A stretch of DNA of 64,000 bases from Candidatus Multivoraceae bacterium (GCA_965223385.1 CBDCWR010000006.1:27369-91368); one strand, 5' to 3'. Positions 36,761-46,795 are shown, counted from the first letter of the stretch. Numbers and translations: made by a program. The notes: generated by a model from the letters alone, not told the origin.

Positions 36761-39754
36761 ATGTCGACTCCAAGCTACTTCCAATCCCCTGGTCTCGATG
36801 AAGCAACTCGTCAGTTCATCCTGACGGATGCTGCGCTGTCGATCTCCAGATCCCTAGCGAATGTCAAGAGCACTACGGGCGACAAGAGCAGATGGCTAGC
36901 GGCGGTTGCTGGCTCCAAGCTGTCTGGCCGATCTCCGGTAGCCTCGGTGAGGCAGGATTCTCGCAGTTTGGGCCTGTCTGCGCTTGGACTAAGTTGGCTA
37001 GCGAAGGCCGTCGTAAGGAACACTGGAGAATTGGATGGGGGCTCCCAGCGTCTCTTGGACGCGCACCGCGAGTTGGACCCCTTAGAGAGAAGAGACGCTC
37101 AGCTAGTAGCTACTGCATCAAGGGCAATCGAGGGGCTGTCTCTTCTCTTTCCGTGGCAGGAGGACGTTGCGTCTAGCACTCCAACTGACCTGCTGGAACT
37201 TGCTCGCCTAGTTCGAGAGTGCGGGGATTCGGAAAGTACGGTTGCTTGCTGCTTGTCAGCGATCAACCTCCGAGTCGTGTCGCAAGACAGCGAGCGGCTT
37301 CTTCGTGCAGCGGTCGGCGAGCTCGTGTGCGAAGGCAATCTTGCGGCCACCTGCATGGCCTTTTCCTCTCTAGCGCTTGAAGTCTGTCTCTCGGCTGACG
37401 ACAGTCCGGGCAGGCGCAGAGAAGCCTTCGATCTAACGGAGCAATCCTTGATTGCTTTGAGGTATGTTGGGAAGCCGGGCGCCGGATTCCTTGAGACGAT
37501 GGAGTCCCGGGCGGGAGCCACGGACTACTTGAGATCGCTTTCGATCCTGGGACTGCGGGCTGACGACCTGCCTGCGACGGAGGGCCATTCAGTAAGCGAC
37601 CAGATGCTGAGAGCCGGCACGTGGCCGAGCTGGCCCAGTCAGCCGGCTGAGTGGTTTGGAATGATCGCTCAAGGTGGCAGCGCTGTAGCTACGTTTCTTG
37701 AAAACAACCGACTCGCTGCTGCGGGAGAGACTCCTGCGATGGCTCCTCGAACTCTGTGGTCTTCGTGGGATGTCGAGCACCCTTCGCTCCTTCGGTGCGT
37801 TCCTCACAACCGGTCGCTGCTGAAGCTAGGAGAGCAGCGCCTCTCCGACTTCCTTCTCGACCTGATACACGAGTTGACTCACGTCTACTCCCTAATGGGC
37901 GCACTTGGCCTTGCGACATTGGGGGCTCGGTTTGCGATCGCTGATCTTGAAGTCACGAAGTGGGCAATCCGGCTAGGAGACGGAGCGGGCGGGATCCCTG
38001 ACCTTCGCGTCGTGGGGTCACGGTGTCCCTTGGACGGCGCCCACGTCGGGCTCCTGCTCAGGACCGAACAGCAGCTCGAGATCGCATTGAAGATCCGAGC
38101 AATTGAGTCAACGTGGAGTTGCTGGCTAGAGGGCATCGCGGTGTTCGGTGAGCTGGCCCCGGACCCCCTGCTTGATGAAGAACGGACCACACTAACAACC
38201 CCCGTGGTACTCAACTTCTTGGACCACCACAGAGCAGAAGGTGCCAACCAGGAAGATGTCAAACGGGAGATAGCCGAAAGCTACGAAAGTGCTGAGCGTC
38301 TAGTCTCGGCCGCGATCAAGACGTCAGGAAAGTACCGCCTGCGCTCGTACTTGGATAACCCAACGAGTCCCTATCCGTACGGCTATGTCTTGGTCAGGAG
38401 GCTTGTAGCAACTTGGAGAAGCAGGCTAGATGAGGGTCTGAACGGGCTAGATGCCTTCAACATGCTCCTAGCCGTAACTACGAAGACCGACGACTTGATC
38501 CCCGACCTGTCGTTGCCGCTGTCGAGATTCAAGGATGAGGCTCGCACCAAGTTGATCGAATGGTATGGGCGAATGGTGAGGCTCACGGATGAAGAGCTTC
38601 GGAAGCTAAGGCGGTCGACGCGTGATGATCATCCAGATGCTGGTGTAGCAGTACTGATGGAGGGCCTGGCGAGCGTCTCCGACCTGCCGGAAGAGCGGAC
38701 GGACGGAGAGAGTCTTCTCGCTTCGTGGCGAGATGAGGCAATAGCCTCGCTGACAGGACTGAACGACGTCACTAGTCGCTTCGGCGTAGAGACGGGCGCG
38801 TTTGTTGACCTGCTCTCTGTTGCGACTGCCGCAATCGAGGATGGTAGGCAGGAAGGGAAGTCCCCCAACCTGGCGGAGTCTACGGCCCTGTTTGTACTCA
38901 ACGAGCGCATGGTCCTCCCGGTCGCTCGGGCCCGGTGCGCGTTCTGGATGTTTAGAGCGGAGAGAAGGATTGCTTGCCTGCTGAGAACCGCTGAACCTGA
39001 ACAAGGTCAGTACGACGCGTCTTACGACCTGCGGTCGATCGTCGTGCCGGACGCGTCCTTCCGAAATCTGATCGAAGAGTGGGAACGGCTCCCCACGAGG
39101 CGAATCCTAGTTACCCGAGTCGTGGATCTTGGACGTTGGGATCCCGAGTCAGATTCTGTCCGCCCCGGTGGAATTGGCCGCCATTTCTATGTCTATTCGT
39201 ATGGCGAGTGGTGCCATGTGGAACCTGCCGGCTTCGGTTCCGGAACCCAGATGGTGATTCCGGAGGAGGTCCAGGCGGCGATCGCCAGGAGAATAGGTGC
39301 AAGAAGTGATCGCCGGACGTTTCTCGAGTTGATTGAAGACCAAGATGCACTCGCCCGAGACGCCTTGGAGTGGGTCGAGAAGGAAACTCGCTGGCACGAC
39401 GACGCGCTGGGCACACCGATAGATGTCGAACCCTTGGCGAGACGGATTGAGAAGCTCGCCAGAGAGCTCTCGGAAGTCGATGTCGACGAGGGCAGGGCCG
39501 GACGCGCTCTGGCCCGCGACGTGTATACGAGCTTGGGCCTGGAAGCCGGGCCCGACCTCTCGAACGTACTCGCGAGGTTGAGTAGAGACGGGAGCCTACA
39601 GGCTTGGCTGGAGGCAGTGCTCTGGTCCGGTCTTGAGCCGAGTCGGGCCAGTTGGGAGGATGAGTCCCTGTCAGGAAGCACCGGCCAAGGGCAGCTATTC
39701 TGCCGAACGGGCCGCGGGTGGGACTTCGCTCCGCTTTCTAAGGAGACAGCATGA
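36761..39754 (+). CDS. Large alpha-helical hypothetical protein with gluzincin-type metallopeptidase motif
   Basis: 997-aa ORF with GAGAGG RBS; LIHELTH (H370, 37868-37882), WLEGIA (E457), YPYGY (Y538). Confidence 0.8.
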   Translation: MSTPSYFQSPGLDEATRQFILTDAALSISRSLANVKSTTGDKSRWLAAVAGSKLSGRSPVASVRQDSRSLGLSALGLSWLAKAVVRNTGELDGGSQRLLDAHRELDPLERRDAQLVATASRAIEGLSLLFPWQEDVASSTPTDLLELARLVRECGDSESTVACCLSAINLRVVSQDSERLLRAAVGELVCEGNLAATCMAFSSLALEVCLSADDSPGRRREAFDLTEQSLIALRYVGKPGAGFLETMESRAGATDYLRSLSILGLRADDLPATEGHSVSDQMLRAGTWPSWPSQPAEWFGMIAQGGSAVATFLENNRLAAAGETPAMAPRTLWSSWDVEHPSLLRCVPHNRSLLKLGEQRLSDFLLDLIHELTHVYSLMGALGLATLGARFAIADLEVTKWAIRLGDGAGGIPDLRVVGSRCPLDGAHVGLLLRTEQQLEIALKIRAIESTWSCWLEGIAVFGELAPDPLLDEERTTLTTPVVLNFLDHHRAEGANQEDVKREIAESYESAERLVSAAIKTSGKYRLRSYLDNPTSPYPYGYVLVRRLVATWRSRLDEGLNGLDAFNMLLAVTTKTDDLIPDLSLPLSRFKDEARTKLIEWYGRMVRLTDEELRKLRRSTRDDHPDAGVAVLMEGLASVSDLPEERTDGESLLASWRDEAIASLTGLNDVTSRFGVETGAFVDLLSVATAAIEDGRQEGKSPNLAESTALFVLNERMVLPVARARCAFWMFRAERRIACLLRTAEPEQGQYDASYDLRSIVVPDASFRNLIEEWERLPTRRILVTRVVDLGRWDPESDSVRPGGIGRHFYVYSYGEWCHVEPAGFGSGTQMVIPEEVQAAIARRIGARSDRRTFLELIEDQDALARDALEWVEKETRWHDDALGTPIDVEPLARRIEKLARELSEVDVDEGRAGRALARDVYTSLGLEAGPDLSNVLARLSRDGSLQAWLEAVLWSGLEPSRASWEDESLSGSTGQGQLFCRTGRGWDFAPLSKETA

Positions 39755-40260
39755 AAACCGTAGTTGTGGCTCGCCATCGGGCGATTGAGACGGCACTAGA
39801 AGCAGCGCGCCATGGGGGTGAAGAGGCCGTGGGCAAAGAGGGCGGTGCCCTCTACACGGTGAGAGATGCCGGAATACGTGGTCGGTTAGAAGAGGTTTGG
39901 GATCAGGTTGAACGGGCTTTGCGCTCCGGCTTCGAGCGGGGGAAGGACGGCGCCCAGTCTTTGTTCGCAGAAGCCGTTTCGGCGGTTGAGAAGCTACTGC
40001 AAGACGTAGGATCCCAGAGCGCCGAGATACACGGAGCCCTACTCGAACGGCTCGCCCGGTTCGTTGAGGCTTTGATCGAAGATGCTCTAAGTCGAGTGCC
40101 GATGACCGTGGAAATCGCAGGCCAGCGCTTCGCACTAGAGAGCGTAGAGATCAGTCAGAAACTGCTCGCGAGCGGATCCATCAAGATGAATCTGTCCGAG
40201 GCCTTCCTGGTGGCTTCACAAGGCGAGATCGAGGTGAGAGGAAGCTACGTGCAGAAGTAA
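39751..40260 (+). CDS. Small hypothetical protein, helical N-part and Trypco/Pepco-like C-terminal beta-hairpin
   Basis: ATGA overlap with the upstream stop and TAAGGAG RBS; C-terminus FALESVEISQKLLASGSIK...ASQGEIEVRGSY. Confidence 0.72.
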   Translation: MKTVVVARHRAIETALEAARHGGEEAVGKEGGALYTVRDAGIRGRLEEVWDQVERALRSGFERGKDGAQSLFAEAVSAVEKLLQDVGSQSAEIHGALLERLARFVEALIEDALSRVPMTVEIAGQRFALESVEISQKLLASGSIKMNLSEAFLVASQGEIEVRGSYVQK

Positions 40261-40579
40261 GGACGTCTCGTAGCAACCAGGAGCGGTTTTTGGTTCTGGG
40301 TCGGTCTAGCTGGCGGCGTGAGCCGGAGAAGCGGCGGTGCGTCTTGAGGTGTCGATTGTGGGGCGTTTGTTCCGCAAGTGAGCCGTCGGTGGGTTGTGGC
40401 GCAGTCGAACCGATTGGTGCGGTCTGTGCTTGGAGTAGCCCGACTATGAGGCGCCACGGACGGTGCTCGGATCTCTGGCCTGCCTGGAGTGGACGCTAGA
40501 TTCGATAGAGAACGTCTGGCGCGGTAGGGTTGAGAACCGGCACCCCGAGTGCTCCGCCTTCAACTTTGAGATGACACCC

Positions 40580-42076
40580 ATGCGAGGAAATCCGAGCCGA
40601 CTCGCAGCATCTCTTTTGCTGGTTCTCATCCTCGGATGCCAGAAGGGGAGGTCAGAGCGCCCGACCGGGCAAGCGGATGCGCCCACCACCGTGGCGGGCG
40701 CTCCCACTCGCGCGCAGACCGAGGACGGGCTCTTCATCTCTTGGCGCGAACACCTCATCGACGACGAGTCGATCTCCGGCGTGCCGATCAGCGGCGCGGA
40801 CGGCCTGGAGATGGGAGACCTCGACGGCGACGGGCATCTCGACATCGTGTCGGTGCACGAGTCGGACACGAAGTACGACGGCACCCCCGACGGGCACGTG
40901 CGGCTGGCGTTCGGCACGGGCGACCCGCTCCGGTGGGAGCTCGCCACCCTCGGCGAAGGCGAGGAGGTGGGGGCCCCTGAGGACGTGACCCTCGCCGATC
41001 TCGATGGCGACGGCGACCTGGACGCGGTGGTGGCGTGCGAGCTGGCGCATCTCATCGTCTTCGAGAACCCCGGGGCCGACGCGGAGGCCCTCCGGACCGG
41101 GGAGTGGCCGCGGACGGTTGTTTCGCCCACGCAGAATCGGGGCTCCTACATCCGCGTCTTCGCGGCCGACTTCGACCGCGACGGCCGCCCCGAGATCGTC
41201 ACTCCCAACAAAGGGGCACAGAGCCCCGATCGGCAGAGTGACGCCACCTTCCCGATCTCCTGGTACGACGTCACCGACGACCCGTTCTCGGGCCAGTGGA
41301 CAGAAAACGAGCTCACTCGCGTGATCTGGCCGATCAACTCCCAGCCGGTCGACCTCGATGGCGACGGCGATCTGGACGTGGTGGGTGGATCCACCGGCGA
41401 GGGACGGATCTTCTGGTTCGAGAACGTCACCGAAGATGCCATCGCGTTCACGGAGCACCGGGTCGAGATCGAAAGCCCGATCGCAACTCCCCCGGAGCGC
41501 CGTCCGCCGCACGCGGTGGACTCCCCGGCGCTGGTCAACGGCTTCAACATGGCGTTTCTCGATCTCTCCGGCGACGGGCGGCTCGACATTGCGCTGCGCG
41601 AGTACAGCGGCGAGCTGGTCTGGCTCGAGCAGCCTCCGACGCCCGACGGTCTCTGGCGCCTCCGGGTCATCGGCACGTTGCGACCGGACAACCTCGTCGG
41701 CTTTGCGGCCGCCGACATCGACGGCGACCGCGATCTCGATCTGTTTGGCGGCGCCTACAGCTCGGGGGAGCGCGCCTTCGATGGCGATGTCGCGGTCGAT
41801 CAGGCGCTCGGCCGCCTCGCGTGGTTCCAGAATCCGGGAACTGTGGACGGCGTGTGGCAGCGTCATGACGTCTCGCGGCGCAAGCGCGGCATGTTCGACA
41901 AGTTCATCGCCCGCGACATGGACGGGGACGGCGATCTCGACTTCGTGGGGACGCGAGGCAACAGCCTGCCCTACGACGGTGTCTTCTGGCTCGAGCAGGT
42001 GCGCAGCGAGACGCCGGTTCCCGTGTTTTCGCAGGCGCGCGAGTCGGAAAGCGAGCAGATGCCGCTGCCGGAGTGA
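40580..42076 (+). CDS. FG-GAP/VCBS repeat beta-propeller lipoprotein
   Basis: Seven DxDGDGxxD-type repeats; lipobox LILGC. Confidence 0.88.
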   Translation: MRGNPSRLAASLLLVLILGCQKGRSERPTGQADAPTTVAGAPTRAQTEDGLFISWREHLIDDESISGVPISGADGLEMGDLDGDGHLDIVSVHESDTKYDGTPDGHVRLAFGTGDPLRWELATLGEGEEVGAPEDVTLADLDGDGDLDAVVACELAHLIVFENPGADAEALRTGEWPRTVVSPTQNRGSYIRVFAADFDRDGRPEIVTPNKGAQSPDRQSDATFPISWYDVTDDPFSGQWTENELTRVIWPINSQPVDLDGDGDLDVVGGSTGEGRIFWFENVTEDAIAFTEHRVEIESPIATPPERRPPHAVDSPALVNGFNMAFLDLSGDGRLDIALREYSGELVWLEQPPTPDGLWRLRVIGTLRPDNLVGFAAADIDGDRDLDLFGGAYSSGERAFDGDVAVDQALGRLAWFQNPGTVDGVWQRHDVSRRKRGMFDKFIARDMDGDGDLDFVGTRGNSLPYDGVFWLEQVRSETPVPVFSQARESESEQMPLPE

Positions 42077-42237
42077 GTCGCTGTGTGACCGGGACGGACG
42101 AAGTGTCCGAATCTCCGTTCTGGTACCGTTAGGAGTCGCCCCACAGCACAGTTCAGACCGCGTCCGCACATGAGGCGCGATCGCCGCTGGCCCCTCGCGG
42201 CCCTCGGCGCGGCTCAGGAAGAAGAAGGAGACCTTCT

Positions 42238-43857
42238 TTGAGACATCTGCTCGTTCTTGCCGCCTGTCTGCTTGCGCTTCCCGCTGTCGCTGCTGCAGCC
42301 GTTCCGGCCGAAGCACCAACCTACACGAAAGACATCGCACCGCTCTTCTTCGAGAAGTGTGTGACGTGCCACCGCCCCGGCGAGGTGGCCCCGATGTCGC
42401 TGCTCAGCTACCAGGAGACACGCCCGTGGGCCCGCTCGATCGCGCGCCAGGTGGAGAGCCGCCGGATGCCTCCGTTCAGCCCCGAGTCGGACAGGGTGAA
42501 GTGGCAGCACGACATGTCGCTCTCCCAGGATCAGATCGACACCGTCGTTGCGTGGGTCAAGGGTGGTGCTCCGCAGGGCGACACCTACATGCCCGACGTG
42601 CCGACGTTCAACGACGGATGGGTGCTCGGGGAGCCCGACATGATCATCACGCTCGACCGGGTCGACGTTCCGGCAGACGGCCCCGACCTGTTCCCGAAGC
42701 AGTGGGTCACCCTCGATCAGCTCGAAGAGACCAAGTGGGTCAAGGCCATCCAGTTCAAGCCGGGTGACCGGCGCGCCACGCACCACTTCCTGGCCACCTA
42801 CAACAACGGCGCCGCCGGTGCCGATGGCCGCGGCGAGTTCGACCGCAGCGAAGGCAACGCCAATGGCATCTTCGGCGTTTGGACGGCGGGCATGCAGCCC
42901 TATGTGTTCCCCGAAGGCATGGGCCGGCAGCTCAAGCCAGGGGCGAAGATCCTCTTCGACAACCACTACCACCCGTTTGGTGAGGCCACGTCGGACGTGA
43001 GTCAGGTCGGCATCTACTTCGGCGAGGGAGAGCTCGAGAAGGAAGTGGCGACCATGGCGGTGGTGAACACCGGCATCCGCATTCCGCCGGGTGACGGCGA
43101 CTACGCCATTCGCGGCTTCCACCTGTTCGACAACGACATGCAGATCCTCGCCTTCAGCCCACACATGCACGTGCGGGGCAAGGCGATGCGCTACGACCTC
43201 ACGTATCCCGACGGCCGTGTCGAGAACCTGCTCGACGTGCCGCGCTACGACTACAACTGGCAGTGGCTCTACTACCCGACCGAGCCGATCGACATTCCGG
43301 CCGGAAGTCGCCTCGACGTGACCGCCGTGTGGGACAACTCCGAGGAGAACCCGGCGAATCCGGATCCCGAGCAGGAGGTCATCTACCGCGGCGACACCTT
43401 CAACGAGATGTTCGTGGCGTTCTTCGAGGCCGTCGAGGCTCGGCCGGACCGCATCTATCACCAGATGAGCGATGCCCCGGCGAAGCTCACCGAGCTGCTC
43501 TCCGCGCACCCCGCTGAAGACTCCTACCTCGTTCCGGGCTTCCTGCCGGTGGGGCTCTACGTGCCGAAAGAAGGCAAAGGCTGGGCCTACATCGTGCAGG
43601 GCAACGGCATGACCACGGTCACACTCGACGACTTCCGGTGGAGCGGCGACAAGCTCGAGGTGCACACCCAGTTCCCGACGGCGGACGCGAGCGCCATCAC
43701 CACCACGATCGTGGCGGAGCTCGACGACAAGGGGTATCTCAAGGGCACGTTGACCTACGGCGACAAGGAGGAGACGGGCGTCGACCCGATCGTTCTGCCT
43801 GTGAACGGTCAGCCCATGCAGAACGACGCCGCGGCGGCCGGAGCCGGCGGACAGTAG
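42238..43857 (+). CDS. Secreted c-type heme + copper type II (PHM-like) monooxygenase-fold protein
   Basis: Signal peptide; CVTCH...RMPP; HH (ATHHFL), PHMHVRGK, YDYNWQ, NEM. Confidence 0.82.
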   Translation: MRHLLVLAACLLALPAVAAAAVPAEAPTYTKDIAPLFFEKCVTCHRPGEVAPMSLLSYQETRPWARSIARQVESRRMPPFSPESDRVKWQHDMSLSQDQIDTVVAWVKGGAPQGDTYMPDVPTFNDGWVLGEPDMIITLDRVDVPADGPDLFPKQWVTLDQLEETKWVKAIQFKPGDRRATHHFLATYNNGAAGADGRGEFDRSEGNANGIFGVWTAGMQPYVFPEGMGRQLKPGAKILFDNHYHPFGEATSDVSQVGIYFGEGELEKEVATMAVVNTGIRIPPGDGDYAIRGFHLFDNDMQILAFSPHMHVRGKAMRYDLTYPDGRVENLLDVPRYDYNWQWLYYPTEPIDIPAGSRLDVTAVWDNSEENPANPDPEQEVIYRGDTFNEMFVAFFEAVEARPDRIYHQMSDAPAKLTELLSAHPAEDSYLVPGFLPVGLYVPKEGKGWAYIVQGNGMTTVTLDDFRWSGDKLEVHTQFPTADASAITTTIVAELDDKGYLKGTLTYGDKEETGVDPIVLPVNGQPMQNDAAAAGAGGQ

Positions 43858-43889
43858 CTTTTTGAAGGAGCTCGCGTAACGAGCGGATC

Positions 43890-43929
43890 GCGCCCGGCCC
43901 CGCGTGCGGTGGCCGGGCGCTCTTGTCTT
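43890..43929 (+). terminator. Possible intrinsic terminator
   Basis: GCGCCCGGCC...GGCCGGGCGC stem followed by TCTTGTCTT. Confidence 0.5.
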
Positions 43930-44023
43930 CGGGCGAGCGATCCTACTCGGCTGCCTCGTCAGCAACTTCTGAGCGAGCGGGTTCCGCGATGGAGCGCGAG
44001 CACCGCCCCGAAGGCTCGCCGAG

Positions 44024-45832
44024 CTAGCCGGACGCGGAGCAGGGAAACGCTTCGATGTCCGAGATCGGAGCTGCGAGTGTGCCGCCGGCGTGGGACGTCG
44101 TCCAGAGCTCGCCGGCCCCTCCGTCAAAGATCTCGAGGTCGAAGGCGACGTCGGTGAGCGCCGACACGAACACCCACCAGTGGCCGTTCACGCCACAGCC
44201 GTCGAGCACCTTCAGGAAGATCTCCGGGTTGGTCTCGTCGAAGAAGGTGAATGCCGCTCCTGCCTCGGGGCCGGATGCGGCCACCTGGGCCTCCGTGCGC
44301 CCTGATCCCGCGTCAAACCATGCGCGTGCGCGGAACTGGTCACCGGTCTCCCGGCCTGGAAGGCACGCCTCGGGCGAGAACCCGGTGCCGCACGGGCCCG
44401 ACCTCACTCGCTCCAGAGATCGTGTCGCCGAGAACAGAGGGCGGAGGTGTCTTCCGAGATCGAGCTGTACGACGACCCGCTGAGGCTCGAAACCAGGGGC
44501 GGGATAGCTTCCGAAGACGCGCTCGACGGCGACGGGTGCACTCGACGTGTCGCAGCCGGGAGGGGCGGTGCCGACGAATCGCAGGCTGTCGGTTGCGAAG
44601 AAGTCGATCCAGTCCGTCGGCTGGCAGTCGCCTGGAACGACCGCGGTCACGCTCGCCCCCAGCCCTCCGGAGGGTGAGCCCCCAATCGTGGCGTCTGCCC
44701 AGAAGTTGCCCTGCAGAGTGACGGGGACCGTCGAGAGCAGCAGCGGCGTGGCGCCGAAGCGGTTCAGGTTGCGGAGTTGGACGACGTACTGTCCAGCCGG
44801 CAGTCGATACGGCCCGACGGTACGATCCAGAAATCGCTCCGGTGCCGCGCAGCCGGGGACCTCGATCAGGTCGATCGTCAGTCTCTCATGCTGTCGATCC
44901 CAGAGGATCGGGAAGGCAGGGCACCCCTCCCGCGCTCCGCGCAGGCGGAAGCTCACGGAGAGGTCGTCGCTGCCCGGGATCGGCGCCGCGATCGGGATCA
45001 CCTGGATCTCGGATCTCAGCCGTGTCGGCGCTGCGACCTCGAGGTTCGGGAGAGAGCAGACCACCGAGCTCGACACGTTGCCCTGCGTGTCGGAGACGAC
45101 CTGGCGGACGATCAGTGCATGGGTTCCTTCGCGCAGGTTCTCGACGGGGAGAACGATGCTTTCGTCCGCATCGGTGGCCGCGCTTCGGCCGAGCACCTCG
45201 ACGACCACGCGGTGATCGACACTCGGTCCGACGGTCGACCAGCGGATCACCTCGAAGCCGGGCCACGAGCCTTCGATCTGCAGGGTGTTGGTTGCACCTT
45301 CGGTGAGCGACGTGGCGGAGCGCAGCTGGACGTTCGGGCAGGGGTCGCCTTCGGCCGGAAACACCACCACGTCCGGGCGCGGCCCCGGGAGAACCTCGAG
45401 GCTCTGCACGCTGCAGTTGCTGCGGTCTCCGGAGTCGTCCGTCAGGACGAGCGCGAGGACGTAGGCTCCCGCGCGGAGGAGCGGACCCTGAATGAGCCGC
45501 GTCCTCTCGATCTGCTGGCCGCTCGTGCCGGAGAAGTCGCTGTAGAGGACGACCTCGATCCGCCCCTGGGCGTCTGGCCCGTTGACGTGCGAGAAGGCCG
45601 CGAACCCGGTGGCCGCCTGAACGCGAAGGTGCAGCTCCAGCGGCTCGAGCTCGAACAGCGGTGGCGGCGGTGTGCTGGCGAGGATGTGCGCCGCCGGCTT
45701 GACCTCCAGGTCGAGCGTGGCCTTGCCGCAGTCGGGTTGCGCGACGGCCGCGCCTGGTGCCAGCCACAGGATGAGCGCGAGGCACGAGAGCCTCGTGCCG
45801 AGCGTGTCGACCATTGCGGTTCTACGGAGCAT
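44024..45832 (-). CDS. Secreted multi-module beta-sandwich protein with conserved Cys-containing C-terminal module
   Basis: Signal peptide ending AVA-QP; repeated ~110-aa beta modules with Cys pairs; C-terminal FTFFDETNPEIFLKVLDGCGVNGHWWVFVSALTDV. Confidence 0.75.
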   Translation of the reverse strand: MLRRTAMVDTLGTRLSCLALILWLAPGAAVAQPDCGKATLDLEVKPAAHILASTPPPPLFELEPLELHLRVQAATGFAAFSHVNGPDAQGRIEVVLYSDFSGTSGQQIERTRLIQGPLLRAGAYVLALVLTDDSGDRSNCSVQSLEVLPGPRPDVVVFPAEGDPCPNVQLRSATSLTEGATNTLQIEGSWPGFEVIRWSTVGPSVDHRVVVEVLGRSAATDADESIVLPVENLREGTHALIVRQVVSDTQGNVSSSVVCSLPNLEVAAPTRLRSEIQVIPIAAPIPGSDDLSVSFRLRGAREGCPAFPILWDRQHERLTIDLIEVPGCAAPERFLDRTVGPYRLPAGQYVVQLRNLNRFGATPLLLSTVPVTLQGNFWADATIGGSPSGGLGASVTAVVPGDCQPTDWIDFFATDSLRFVGTAPPGCDTSSAPVAVERVFGSYPAPGFEPQRVVVQLDLGRHLRPLFSATRSLERVRSGPCGTGFSPEACLPGRETGDQFRARAWFDAGSGRTEAQVAASGPEAGAAFTFFDETNPEIFLKVLDGCGVNGHWWVFVSALTDVAFDLEIFDGGAGELWTTSHAGGTLAAPISDIEAFPCSASG

Positions 45833-45935
45833 CTTCAGGTCCCTCCCTCCCCGTCGGCGCCTGTGCTCCAGCGGGCCAGTTCATGCTGCAGAAGCATAAC
45901 AGGAGGCACAGCTCTCCCAGCGCCCGGGCTGGTGC

Positions 45936-46736
45936 CTACAGGCTTGGTGTCTCGTGGAGCGCGAGCTCGAAGCCGGCTCGCGCGGAGAGACCCAGCGGGG
46001 TGTAGCCGGTGTCGCGCGCCGCCTCGTCGCCGTAGAAGGCGGCCACCTGCACCGGTCGGTCGCGCGACATGCGCAGGGGCTCGAGCACTTCGCGGGTGTA
46101 GGCGAGGTCCTCGGCCTCCAGCTGCGTCTTGCGGCCGGCGAGGCGCTGCCCCAAGCCGTCGCGACGCATCATGTCGTCCAGTGTTCGGGGAAGTCCGCGT
46201 CGGCCCACCGCCCAGGCACGCCAGGCGGCGGCTACGACCCGACGGCGCACGAGCTCCTCCTGCGGCTCTTCGGACGACCACAGCACCACCTGCGCCCAGC
46301 CGCGCGAGGGGAGATGGTGATCGCCGAAGCGTGCGTCGAAGTCGGTCAGCCAGCGATCGGTCCAGCCTCCGGCAGCGTCGTCGACCAGCACGAGAGCCGT
46401 CCGTAGCTTGGGCGGCGCCGGCGCGTCACCCTCCGGGTCCTCGAGGGCGGAGGTGTAGAGGCTCCACGCCGCCGCGAGGTCCGGCGGGAGTTGCTCGATG
46501 GTGTCGCGGGCCATGTCCTCTGCGCCCAGCGCGATCCAGCCATCCAGCCGCTCGGCAACGTGCTCCTTGCTCATCGGGTTGAAGAGCGTCAGGGGTCGCA
46601 CGAGCTGGTCCGCCTTGCCGGTCGGGCTACCGGTCATCAGCTCGAGATAGGCGGCGAAACGCTCGCGGCCGCGCGGCACGTCGAGCAGCCGGCGCTGCTC
46701 TTCGAGCTGTGGCAGGTGCTCGAGTCGAGTCTCCAT
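45936..46736 (-). CDS. Conserved hypothetical protein
   Basis: Host-like codon usage; FNPMSKEH, LVDDAAGGWTDR, YGDEAA..GY..LG look like conserved motifs. Confidence 0.7.
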   Translation of the reverse strand: METRLEHLPQLEEQRRLLDVPRGRERFAAYLELMTGSPTGKADQLVRPLTLFNPMSKEHVAERLDGWIALGAEDMARDTIEQLPPDLAAAWSLYTSALEDPEGDAPAPPKLRTALVLVDDAAGGWTDRWLTDFDARFGDHHLPSRGWAQVVLWSSEEPQEELVRRRVVAAAWRAWAVGRRGLPRTLDDMMRRDGLGQRLAGRKTQLEAEDLAYTREVLEPLRMSRDRPVQVAAFYGDEAARDTGYTPLGLSARAGFELALHETPSL

Positions 46737-46795
46737 CCACTGATTGTGCGGCGGAAACCGGGAAAGAGCGAGCGACCGCGTGTGCGGCGCGCCGC

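Larger units (their letters stand above)
36430..40460. other. Compositionally atypical island (probable horizontal acquisition)
   Basis: Line 38341-38400 has 33/60 G+C versus 42/60 at 35401-35460; many CTA/AGA/TTA/ATA codons and CTAG tetramers that are rare elsewhere; ~350 bp and ~300 bp non-coding flanks. Boundaries approximate; no mobility gene. Confidence 0.75.

Noticed and set aside
36430-40460. Prophage or transposon call for the island
   Set aside because: No integrase, transposase, phage gene, tRNA target or convincing terminal or direct repeats.
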